A stretch of 64,000 nucleotides of DNA from contig CP064968.1 of the NCBI GenBank assembly GCA_016699245.1, positions 512,317 through 576,316 on the forward strand, given 5' to 3'. Under the pieces are notes generated by a model. The model was not told the DNA's origin. It was given only the letters and a program-made list of their open reading frames with translations, and did no database searches. Each line of letters begins with the position of its first letter. The stretch's first letter is position 1. A program made the position numbers and the translations under genes. Below are positions 28,110 through 37,100 of this stretch, in pieces. This DNA is from Candidatus Kaiserbacteria bacterium (GTDB taxonomy: Bacteria; Patescibacteriota; Minisyncoccia; Phycocordibacterales; UBA918).

Positions 28110-29357
28110 CTAGTTTGGATTAGATACAACCAAGTTTGTAATAACGCACGTTGGATTAACACCTGATACAACATTCATGTTTGCAGTACCTATGTCATCA
28201 ATCTCTGCACAGCTACCACTGAACGACGCATTGTATTGAATTCCAACAGGATCATTTGAGTACACTTCAGAGACGACGTATGCTCCTGGAGTCAGGTTAG
28301 GAAATGCTACCTGATCAACCAAGATATGATCCCCGCCCGGACCAACCAAATGAAGTACGAAGTCGTTAACATCTACTCCTACAACTGAAGCCTGTGTAAA
28401 TTGAACAACTTTATCAAGAGTTACTGTTCCTGTCTCAACAACTACACGTGGTGTACATGTGAAGTTTGGATTGTTTCGAGCCTGTTCTACACGGAACGCA
28501 ATACTTGCTTCCATAGAGTCGGTCTGCACAATATTGCCCAAATTTGAACCATCGCAGGTAATTGTATTTCCCACGATAGCCTGTGTTCCTGCGCACCATG
28601 CTAGACCAATGTAGTTGGTCTGATTTGGTGCCATTGGTGTACTGTTGTTGAGTCCTGGCATAGCAAGCGGATAACTCTTTCCTCCAAGCACATCACTCGC
28701 TGGACCTGAGTCGTTTGAGAACAGAAGTGGCTCAGCTATTTCTCCTTGCCAAATATTATCTCCTTCACCAGCATCATCATTCAGTTCATTTTCATCTGAG
28801 TTCTGCCATCCAAGGGTAGCGCCCTGATCTAACCAAGCTGCGAACTTAATATTCTGCGCGAGTTCACCATCAAACATATCTGCATCTGGCTCACTTGCTT
28901 GAGTATCTAATTCAAGAACTTCTGCATCTTCTGGCTCATTCACTGTCATGTCATCATTCTTGGTGATATTTACATCAACACAAGCCCAAGCGGGGTTTGA
29001 ATCAATGTGAAGTGAAATAGTGTTTTCACCTTCATCACCAGGTTTTACATCTCGGAAATTAAAGAAAGTCTGTGCACCTAAGTCAGTTGCTTCCCAGGTA
29101 CCCGTACAAGGGAGACCAACTGGATACTCTGTACCACCCTGCCAAGTGTAATCAGTTAAATCGTTAGTAGTTAGAAGGTTTAACTGGCAAATACTACCAT
29201 TATAATGTGCTTCACTATCTACCGTTAGGTCAATTGCTCCGGCAGTAAAGACATTTCCTGTTGAGGTTTCTGTGTCAGAGAAGAATGCTCCTGTTCCTCC
29301 GACGATGAGGGCGCCCGCAAACACGAGCATCCCAACACTTGTAATAATTTTTTTCAT
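28110..29357 (-). CDS. TasA/camelysin-like (SipW-cognate signal) secreted protein, paralog 3
   Basis: MKKIITSVGMLVFAGALIVGGTGAFFSDTETSTGNVFTAGAIDLTVDSE. Conserved FFNFRDVKPGDEGENTISLHID, GLAWCAG...TCDGSNLGNIVQTDS and FRVEQARNNPNFTC blocks. Variable C-terminal beta domain. Confidence 0.7.
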   Translation of the reverse strand: MKKIITSVGMLVFAGALIVGGTGAFFSDTETSTGNVFTAGAIDLTVDSEAHYNGSICQLNLLTTNDLTDYTWQGGTEYPVGLPCTGTWEATDLGAQTFFNFRDVKPGDEGENTISLHIDSNPAWACVDVNITKNDDMTVNEPEDAEVLELDTQASEPDADMFDGELAQNIKFAAWLDQGATLGWQNSDENELNDDAGEGDNIWQGEIAEPLLFSNDSGPASDVLGGKSYPLAMPGLNNSTPMAPNQTNYIGLAWCAGTQAIVGNTITCDGSNLGNIVQTDSMEASIAFRVEQARNNPNFTCTPRVVVETGTVTLDKVVQFTQASVVGVDVNDFVLHLVGPGGDHILVDQVAFPNLTPGAYVVSEVYSNDPVGIQYNASFSGSCAEIDDIGTANMNVVSGVNPTCVITNLVVSNPN

Positions 29358-29402
29358 ACAATTATTAATTTATTTGTAATTAATACTTTTAATTTCCTGG
29401 TT

Positions 29403-29450
29403 CTTACCAGCCCGCTAAACCCCAGCCGAAGCTGAGATTTAGAACGGCTA
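29403..29450. promoter_or_regulatory. Conserved structured intergenic motif between TasA-like paralogs (copy 2)
   Basis: ccagcccgctaaaccccagccgaagctgagatttagaacggctag, near-identical to 28046-28100. Confidence 0.4.
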
Positions 29451-29457
29451 GAAATGA

Positions 29458-30963
29458 CTAGATAGCAGGCGCACCTAGGTATAGACGAGCATTATCGAAT
29501 GGCAAATCTGTAAACGGATTGTTTATAAACCATCCATATCGATTACCTCCAACTTCTGCTGGGATAGTGTCAGATGGATCACTTCGAGTCCATGAACCAA
29601 CCACTACGCCAAGACTATTGAGTACTTTCATATCTACAACCAGTACACCAGCTACGTCATGGAAGTAAGCTTGAAGTGTGTACCAACCGGTGGTGTTGAT
29701 AGCCACAGTTCCAACTCCATGTGGGTCACCAGGTGCGTTATTACTTGCATTTGCTGCCCATACACCTACTGCATTAGTACCAAGATGGAAAATAAAGTCA
29801 CGTTGATGATTTCCATCTGATCCATTACTTGCAGATGAGAAATCGAAACGCTTATCTATACCATCAGCATCTGCCATATCAAGATAGACATCTACTTCAG
29901 TTGTATAGCCACCAGCTGGAAATACTGATGAATATCCTCCCCATCGAGTAAAGATATCTCCATTAGCAAGACCATGTTTATTTCCATCAGAAGATGTAAC
30001 ACCACCTGTACCTGAATTTACGATACTGAATGTACCATCATTACTAAACCAGTACGGGTCACCTTGCTGTTCAAAACTTTCTGAAAAGACCAAATCTAAT
30101 GCTGGAGGAATATCTCCGCACGTAAAGTTAGGATTATTTCGTGCTTGTTCAACGCGGAACGCAATATTTGCAACCATAGAGTCAGTTTGCGCAATGTTGC
30201 CCATCGCACCACCGTTACAAGCAATTGTTCCGGCAACTGGCGTGGTGAGATCACCAGCACACCAAGCAAGCCCGACATAACTAGTACTTCCACCTACCAG
30301 TGCTCCGAGAATCGGAGAAGCAATTGTGTAGCTCTCACCATCGAGCACATCGCTCGCTGGACCACTACCATTTGAGAACAATGGTTGCTCATTTGCTTGC
30401 CAGATGTTATCTCCTTCACCTGGATCAGTACCTTGGAATCCTGGTGTTGCTCCGTAGTCTGCCCAAGCAAAAAATTCGATATTTTGAGCGAGCTCTCCAT
30501 CAAAGAGACTGCCGGTATTAACCGCGTCCCCTGCACCAAGTTCTGGTTCTACTGTACTCACATCATCATTAGCAACAAGTGACACATCGACACAAGCATA
30601 CGCATCATTGTTGTCTACATGAAGAGAGATAGTATTTTCTCCTTCGTCGCCTGGCTTGATGTCGGTAAAGTTAAAGAAAGTTTGCGCTCCCAAATTGGCT
30701 GGAAGCCAAGTTCCGGTACATGGTGAATTAAGGACTGGGTACTGTGGATTATCTTCAGTCTCTCCATCATCTAGCACCCATACTCCGTTTGTACAAACAG
30801 CATTGTTGTAGTGTTGTTCACTATCAACCTTTAAATCGATTGCTCCAGCGGTAAACAAGTTACCTGTTGAGGTTTCTGTATCACTAAAGAATGCGCCTGT
30901 GCCGCCAGCGACAAGTGCGCCGACGAAGACAATCATTCCCAAACTCATAATAATTTTTTTCAT
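29458..30963 (-). CDS. TasA/camelysin-like (SipW-cognate signal) secreted protein, paralog 4, with a long divergent C-terminal domain
   Basis: Likely start MKKIIMSLGMIVFVGALVAGGTGAFFSDTETSTGNLFTAGAIDLKVDSE at 30963. Conserved FFNFTDIKPGDEGENTISLHVD, GLAWCAG...ACNGGAMGNIAQTDS and FRVEQARNNPNFTC, then ~230 aa of unique C-terminus. Confidence 0.7.
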   Translation of the reverse strand: MKKIIMSLGMIVFVGALVAGGTGAFFSDTETSTGNLFTAGAIDLKVDSEQHYNNAVCTNGVWVLDDGETEDNPQYPVLNSPCTGTWLPANLGAQTFFNFTDIKPGDEGENTISLHVDNNDAYACVDVSLVANDDVSTVEPELGAGDAVNTGSLFDGELAQNIEFFAWADYGATPGFQGTDPGEGDNIWQANEQPLFSNGSGPASDVLDGESYTIASPILGALVGGSTSYVGLAWCAGDLTTPVAGTIACNGGAMGNIAQTDSMVANIAFRVEQARNNPNFTCGDIPPALDLVFSESFEQQGDPYWFSNDGTFSIVNSGTGGVTSSDGNKHGLANGDIFTRWGGYSSVFPAGGYTTEVDVYLDMADADGIDKRFDFSSASNGSDGNHQRDFIFHLGTNAVGVWAANASNNAPGDPHGVGTVAINTTGWYTLQAYFHDVAGVLVVDMKVLNSLGVVVGSWTRSDPSDTIPAEVGGNRYGWFINNPFTDLPFDNARLYLGAPAI

Positions 30964-31320
30964 GTGTATATAAATGCTATGTATAATGAATACCAATAAA
31001 CACGTTGGGGCTTCCTAAGCGCGTTCCCTACCACACGAGTATTCCCATAAAACGTCTGATAATAATATCGTATGCTGTCAAATCGAGGTATTTGAGGAAA
31101 AAAAGAAAAAATAGTACTCATTTTTGAGCAAATATGTGCATAAGTCGTAACAGCTTTGTTGAAGATACTGATTATTGTAAAATTTTGTATAGTTGATAAC
31201 GTGTGCTTAACGTGTGCTTAACAGATGTATATTCTGTTCATAGTGCTGTAGACAACACTTTTTGTAGGTAATAGAACACACAAAAAAAGAAGTTCAATAC
31301 GTGCGTATGACACTTCTTAA

Positions 31321-31959
31321 TTATTGCTTGAGTGAGGCGTATACAACGAGGTTGTGACTGTACTTCTCTTCTCCTTTGTCGTATGTTCCGGTACAGGTGA
31401 CCAAGCGAAGTGTTGGTGTGTCTGTACTGCCATAGACTAGTTCTGTGGGGAAATCATCCTGACTGTATCGTGCGAGAGAATCGACGGTAAATACAGCAAC
31501 ACTTCCGTCTTCACGTGTAATTTCTATCTCATCACCTGCTTCCAATTTTCTGAGTGGCCAAAATACTGCAGGTCCTTTGTATGAGTCCACGTGCCCCAGC
31601 ACCACTGCTGCCCCTACTTCACCCGGGGTCGGGCCGTTTTTGTACCACCCCACCTGTGTGTACGAATCGGGTACTTCAATAGTCTTATCTTCCTTCAGTC
31701 CAAGGGGCTTTTCAAATGTGGCCTCTACTTCAATTTTTGGAATAGAAATACGTGTCGGAGCCGAGCGAGAAAATGCGACTGATGTTGTTGCACTCGGTAC
31801 TTCAGACGTTGGTGCTTGTTGTGGCGACTCTTTCAAAAGAAAAAGAATTCCAAGACTACTCAGTGCTCCCACCACCATCCCCGCAACAGCAAACGCCACT
31901 ACCTTTTGGTACTGGCGGTTTGCTATACATGCACGTATGTTTTTGAATACATTAGCCAT
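31321..31959 (-). CDS. Sortase-family transpeptidase (membrane-anchored)
   Basis: N-terminal TM. Sortase His region AVVLGHVDS, conserved TLxTC catalytic motif PTLRLVTCTG, and a beta-barrel-like length of 212 aa. Overlaps by 8 nt with the upstream substrate gene. Confidence 0.6.
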   Translation of the reverse strand: MANVFKNIRACIANRQYQKVVAFAVAGMVVGALSSLGILFLLKESPQQAPTSEVPSATTSVAFSRSAPTRISIPKIEVEATFEKPLGLKEDKTIEVPDSYTQVGWYKNGPTPGEVGAAVVLGHVDSYKGPAVFWPLRKLEAGDEIEITREDGSVAVFTVDSLARYSQDDFPTELVYGSTDTPTLRLVTCTGTYDKGEEKYSHNLVVYASLKQ

Positions 31960-33232
31960 TCTTCACTTTTCGAACTGATGTTGAAAGAGGAAGGATTGCC
32001 GTGAGTATTGGGAATTGTACTGCGTGAGGAGCGGTTCCTCCAGCACCCGTGTTTGGTGCTCCAATAGGCATTATGCTCGTTGATTCACCGAGTACTTCAC
32101 CCTCTGGTTCATCATCATTATTATTGGAAGAGTGTCGTCTACTTCCGCGGCGAGGACCTGAACCATCGCTTCCACTACTTGAACTATCATCTTCTTGTAC
32201 ATTACCAAAGTTGTATGGACCGTATGTTGTGGGAAGTACCGATGCGTACGCTGTAGGAACCACAAAGTCCATTAGTTTTGCAAAGAAATGAGTCTCTTCA
32301 CTAAACGTAACCTCTCCAAGCACTTCTACCACATGCCCATTGACATTAGGAAATGTTTTACTCCATCCCTCTTCTATGATTTCGTTGATTGTCCATGTTC
32401 CCGCAGGCACATAAAAGTAATAGTATCCAGATGCATCAGTCGTTGTTGAATACGTTACACCACCGTTCGTTATTTGTACTGTCCATCCATCAAGATCGCT
32501 CTCATCATCCACTGGGTTTGGCTGTTCTACATCCCATGCATCATTTTCGTTTTCATCGTGCCATACGTATCCGAATACGAGCCATTTTGGAACGGTATTC
32601 TCTCCTCCACCATCGAGTGTGTTGGTAATCACACAGGTCACGGTCTCGTTTGCCTGAAGTGAAATTGCGGTGATAGGGCTTCCATCACTACACACCGCGC
32701 TTGTCTGTGTCCAGTTTGTCTCGAGTGTTTCAACAACATTGTATACGCCAACGGCCAATCCTGATTGAGTATGTTGTCCACCATCACTAAGTGTAAAATT
32801 CACTTCGCTCCAACTTGGATTAAAGGTGAAGACCGTCTGATTACCATCGGGAAGTGTTTGTTTTTCAATAATAATTGTTCCTTTTTCTCCTCCTCCAGTA
32901 TCACCGTTTAACGTGTTTGTAACGACACAGGTCACTGTTTCTCCCGATTGAAGTGCAATAGCGTTTATAGGGCTTCCGTCACTACATACCGCACTTGTCT
33001 GCGTCCATCCCGTTATCGGAGACTCCACAACACTATACGTTCCTGTCGCAAGCTTTGAAGAAGTGCTCTGTCCACCATCACTGAGTGTAAAATCCACGTC
33101 GCTCCAACTTGGATTAAAGGTGAAGAGAGTCTGATTACCATCTGGGATAGTCTGTTTTTGTATGATGATAGTCCCTTTGTCTGGGTCACCATTTCCGCCT
33201 CCGTTATATGTATTGGTAATGACACACGTCAC
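31952..33232 (-). CDS. Sortase-substrate surface protein, C-terminal part: three tandem Ig-like repeats and a cell-wall sorting signal. Probably one gene with 33262-34026, split by a frameshift
   Basis: Three ~95-aa tandem repeats (TCVITNT...GTIIIEKQTIPDGNQT.FTFNPSWS.V.FTLSDGGQ...GWTQTSAVCSDGSPI). C-terminus is PIGAPNTGAGG, then a hydrophobic stretch (AVQFPILTAILPLSTSV), then a basic tail RKVKNG: sorting-signal architecture. The repeat reading frame continues upstream of the annotated Met (AQLATTDHGWTQTSAVCTDGSP). Confidence 0.6.
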   Translation of the reverse strand: MTCVITNTYNGGGNGDPDKGTIIIQKQTIPDGNQTLFTFNPSWSDVDFTLSDGGQSTSSKLATGTYSVVESPITGWTQTSAVCSDGSPINAIALQSGETVTCVVTNTLNGDTGGGEKGTIIIEKQTLPDGNQTVFTFNPSWSEVNFTLSDGGQHTQSGLAVGVYNVVETLETNWTQTSAVCSDGSPITAISLQANETVTCVITNTLDGGGENTVPKWLVFGYVWHDENENDAWDVEQPNPVDDESDLDGWTVQITNGGVTYSTTTDASGYYYFYVPAGTWTINEIIEEGWSKTFPNVNGHVVEVLGEVTFSEETHFFAKLMDFVVPTAYASVLPTTYGPYNFGNVQEDDSSSSGSDGSGPRRGSRRHSSNNNDDEPEGEVLGESTSIMPIGAPNTGAGGTAPHAVQFPILTAILPLSTSVRKVKNG

Positions 33233-33261
33233 TGTTTCGTTTGCCTGAAGTGAAATAGCGT

Positions 33262-34026
33262 TTATAGGACTTCCATCAGTACAGACCGCGCTTGTCTGTG
33301 TCCACCCATGATCCGTGGTGGCAAGTTGTGCTTTTGTTCGCCATCACCACATAAGTCAACTACATCCCAGCTTGGATTAAACGTAAAATCAGTCTGATTA
33401 CCATCAGGAATAGTCTGCTTTTCTATGATGATAGTTCCTCTGTCAGGATCACCATTTTCATACTCGCAAGACCCATCATTCTCTTCAGCTGCGGGGTCGT
33501 AGTTTGTAGCTTCCGAGTCAGTACAGCCGAGTATTGGAGCAGGTTCCCCTGGCCACTGATTGTCAGCTTTGCAGGCATTACCGACGTCATCTGCGAGTGG
33601 ATAGTCGACACTGGTTTCAACCACAGTAATCTCTATCGGCCGTACAGGTCCATTCCCATCATTGGCTGTCTCGCAGCCAGGACCAGACCACTGAAGTGTC
33701 CAATCCGCGGGTACAAATCCCGCAGGACCAACTTCTGAAACGGTGTGGGTCCCCGCAGTAAGATAGACCACTTTTTCAGCAGTATCAGGAGTTAACGCAT
33801 CTAATGTAACGATACCGTAACCACTGACATTGAATTTAAATTCGTCGGCTGTATATGGATCAGGGGTGTAGTTATCACTGATGCTTTTCGTAAGCTTAAA
33901 TGGATATGTTGCTACTGTAGCCTCTGCTGTCGTAGGTTGTACAAGTTGAAACGCGACGAACACGGTAAGGAGCAGTGTTGCGAAGAGCGCAACACGCGCA
34001 AACTTAAGATTGATACGAGTAATCAT
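33262..34026 (-). CDS. Sortase-substrate surface protein, N-terminal part (signal peptide plus first repeat), frameshifted relative to 31952-33232
   Basis: Signal peptide (FARVALFATLLLTVFVAFQLVQPTTAEA). Ends with GTIIIEKQTIPDGNQTDFTFNPSW, i.e. runs into the same repeat unit before losing frame around 33300-33340 (near gatggcgaacaaaag). Confidence 0.55.
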   Translation of the reverse strand: MITRINLKFARVALFATLLLTVFVAFQLVQPTTAEATVATYPFKLTKSISDNYTPDPYTADEFKFNVSGYGIVTLDALTPDTAEKVVYLTAGTHTVSEVGPAGFVPADWTLQWSGPGCETANDGNGPVRPIEITVVETSVDYPLADDVGNACKADNQWPGEPAPILGCTDSEATNYDPAAEENDGSCEYENGDPDRGTIIIEKQTIPDGNQTDFTFNPSWDVVDLCGDGEQKHNLPPRIMGGHRQARSVLMEVL

Positions 34027-34154
34027 AGTAAAAAATATTAATACCTCTAAATAATTATAGTGACCCTACTCGGTACTATGCTTTGTTTCAACAATACAAC
34101 GTATAATTTTGTTTAGCAATTGACAAAATTTAAAACTGTGATGATGAACTAATC

Positions 34155-37100
34155 TTATCTGAAGAAACCAAAAACGTTCTTCACAAATCCGGCAACACCC
34201 CCCTGTTTTTGCTCTGCTGGCGCTTGTGCGGTTGGTTTCGGTTCAGGTGTTGGAGCAGGTGCTGGAGTCGGTGCTGGTGCTGGTGGTACGTACTTTGGCT
34301 TTGGCGCCACAGGAGCCGGTACCGGAGCGGTTATAGAAGCACCCGCAACGGCTGGGTTTGCGTTCGTTGGGAAAGCGAGTGTCAACTTCAAGATGGTAGA
34401 TGGCACCGTGAATGTGTACTCTCGACTCGTGGTAACAAACGTATCACTTTGTGCGTGGATGCGGTACGCATACGTACGACCCGGTTGAAGATTCGTTATA
34501 ATCATCACATGTTTTGGTCTCACGGTAGGGAACTTGAAACTTGCGTACGGATAGCCCATGTTGAGTGCACTTTGGTTATAGGGTGAGACTGCTTGTGCGA
34601 CACCATAGAATACCTGGCTTAATGAAGGCTTTGACGTCTCCCATGTCGCAAGTGCTGAGACGGTTCCATTTGCTCCGGGGAAGTATGCAAGAACGGAAAC
34701 GTTGCCGACTGCAAGATCAAGTCCTTTTACCTGTATGGTGTACACGGCATCTTTAATTTTCAGTGGAGCTTTCTTCGCCTCCTTCATGCCGTCCTTAAGG
34801 TATGCTTTTATACTTGCGGTATTGGTATACATGCCACTTGGCGTGTTTTCATTGTACTCAGTGGTATACGTGAGTTTAATCACTTCACCAGGGAGTATGG
34901 TATCAAGCACCCACGACTGCTCAGCCACAATTGACCCAATCGGATTTGTGAGCACATCAAATACCTCAACGTCATACGCATTGCCTCCCGTATTGGTAAC
35001 CGTAATCTTGTAGTCAACACTTTCTCCTGCGTTTACAACATCCCCTTCATCAACGTTGACAGCATCTTTCTTAATAACGAGATGCGGTGCCTTACTTGGA
35101 TCAATTGCTTTTACTTCTGCACGCTCAACTTTTGTTTTCTTTGGACCTCCGCTTTTACCACCGCTCGGTGAAGTTTGTGAAGGTGTTTGTGTAGTACTAG
35201 TATCAGTATTCCCTTCCTCACCACCTCCCACGGGGTCAGTGGTGCCCGTACCATCGTCGGTCGTTGTTCCGGTACCATTACCCGTCGTTGTGCCTGTACC
35301 ATTCCCGGTAGTTGTTCCGGTACCAGTGCCACTACCTGTCGTTGTACTTGTTGTCGAACCCGTTCCTCCTCCGCCTGAACCAGCCGGTTGTGGTTTAAAC
35401 GCGTCTTTACTCAGCATGAGCGAGTTGTCAGCGATGTTTTCATCACCTTTATCACTCGAGACAGCGGCATACGCAGTAACGGTAGTAGTGCCAAAAGGAA
35501 TATCTGAGTTTACGATTGCGGTGAGGACACCTTGCTTACTCTGGCCCGGCTCTATACTACCCAAAGACTTGCTCTGTGTAGTTCCATTTGAGGTTGTACG
35601 CGCCGACTCGAGTACTTGATCAATCACCACGTTGGTTGCAGTCGTGTTGCTATGGTTTGTCACCGTGTATGTATAGGTAAGTGTGTCACCAATACCAAGC
35701 GATGCGTCTGAAGCGGAGACAGTACCGGTAAGCGCGATGTCAGTGGCTGCAAAAGAAACATTTCCTTCAAAATCTCCAAGAATGTTGATGACCGCAAACG
35801 TCCAGTTCGTACCGATGATGTTGGTGTTTGCAATGTTCATCACGTTTGCACTTGCAAAAGCGTTTCCGGTGTTGATGCTTCCAATCAATGCATCAATGTC
35901 GTTCTCCCCCGTGATGGCATTGATAGAAAGATTGTTTTCAAGCGCAACACGGTTGTTGTTATCAAAATTTGCGGTATATGCATCGAGGTCTTTCGTACTG
36001 AGAAATTCGGATGGAGTAATCTCAGCATCTGCATTGTATATAACAATTCCTTGCGGTGTCCATTCCCACAGGAGACCCTCAGGGAGACCAACGACATCTC
36101 CACTCCACACACCATGCACACGGATAAGCATGTACATTGAATCACCACCGTAGGTGTTTTCATTAATCTTATTGAGCACGTTCGATTCAGACTCTGCCCT
36201 TCCCGTGGTGATATTTGATGCAAAAGATGTTGTTGACTCATTCAGTCCCGTTTCAGCATAAGCATCGATATTATTATCCACCACGGCATCATTCAGGTTG
36301 TTCACACGCACATTGAAGTCTTCATATTTCCCCTGTCGGCTTTCTTCAGAAACAGCTATGCCGTTTGCGCGTCCAAAAAATGCGTCAAAAAGTTCTCCTG
36401 TGGGGAGCACGAGGTCACCCTCGAGGTCGCCAATAGCGTTATAGGTAAAAAGTCTATAGTTGGAGTCAATGATGTTGCTGTTAACGACGTTGATGACGTT
36501 TGCTGCCGCGTAGGCGTCACCCGTGGTAATCTCTGCGCTTGAAATTCCCACTGCTTCATTGTAACCAGTCACTGCTTCCACAACGGCGTTGTTGGTGATG
36601 GTTGCATTATTCATCTGCGATACGTTGTACACAACATCTTCAGCAATACATGAAAGCAATGAACAGGTGTTTGAAAGTGCCTCTTCCTGTGCTGGATCGG
36701 GGAAAAATGAACTCGTGAGGTCGAGTGATTGACCTTCATCGAGGATTTTGTTCGCGAGATAAATAAAGCCATTCGAGTTGATGACGTTGGTATTGACCAC
36801 GTTTGCGATATTAAACGCTGCAATCGAATCTCCCGTGTTCACTTCCGCAGTACTTCGTCCTCGAGCATAGTTGTCACCAGAGGTGGAGCGAGTTAAACCA
36901 TCGTTCGTTATAATTGCGTCATTGGTGCCTGTGGCAACAAAGGTATAGATATCAAAATCATTTGGAACAGGACCGATGAGTTCACTGCGAATATCGTTTG
37001 AGTTTGCGTCAGTGGAAAGCTCTCCCTGTGCAGTCGCGATTCCCGTCTCAATAAGCGCAAAAGTCTCTCTTTGTGTTATATCACCCGTAGTTTCTTCTTC

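Noticed and set aside
31196-31225. Possible CRISPR-like repeat (acgtgtgcttaac x2)
   Set aside because: Only two 13-nt copies with no spacers. Not a CRISPR array; kept only as a possible regulator binding site.
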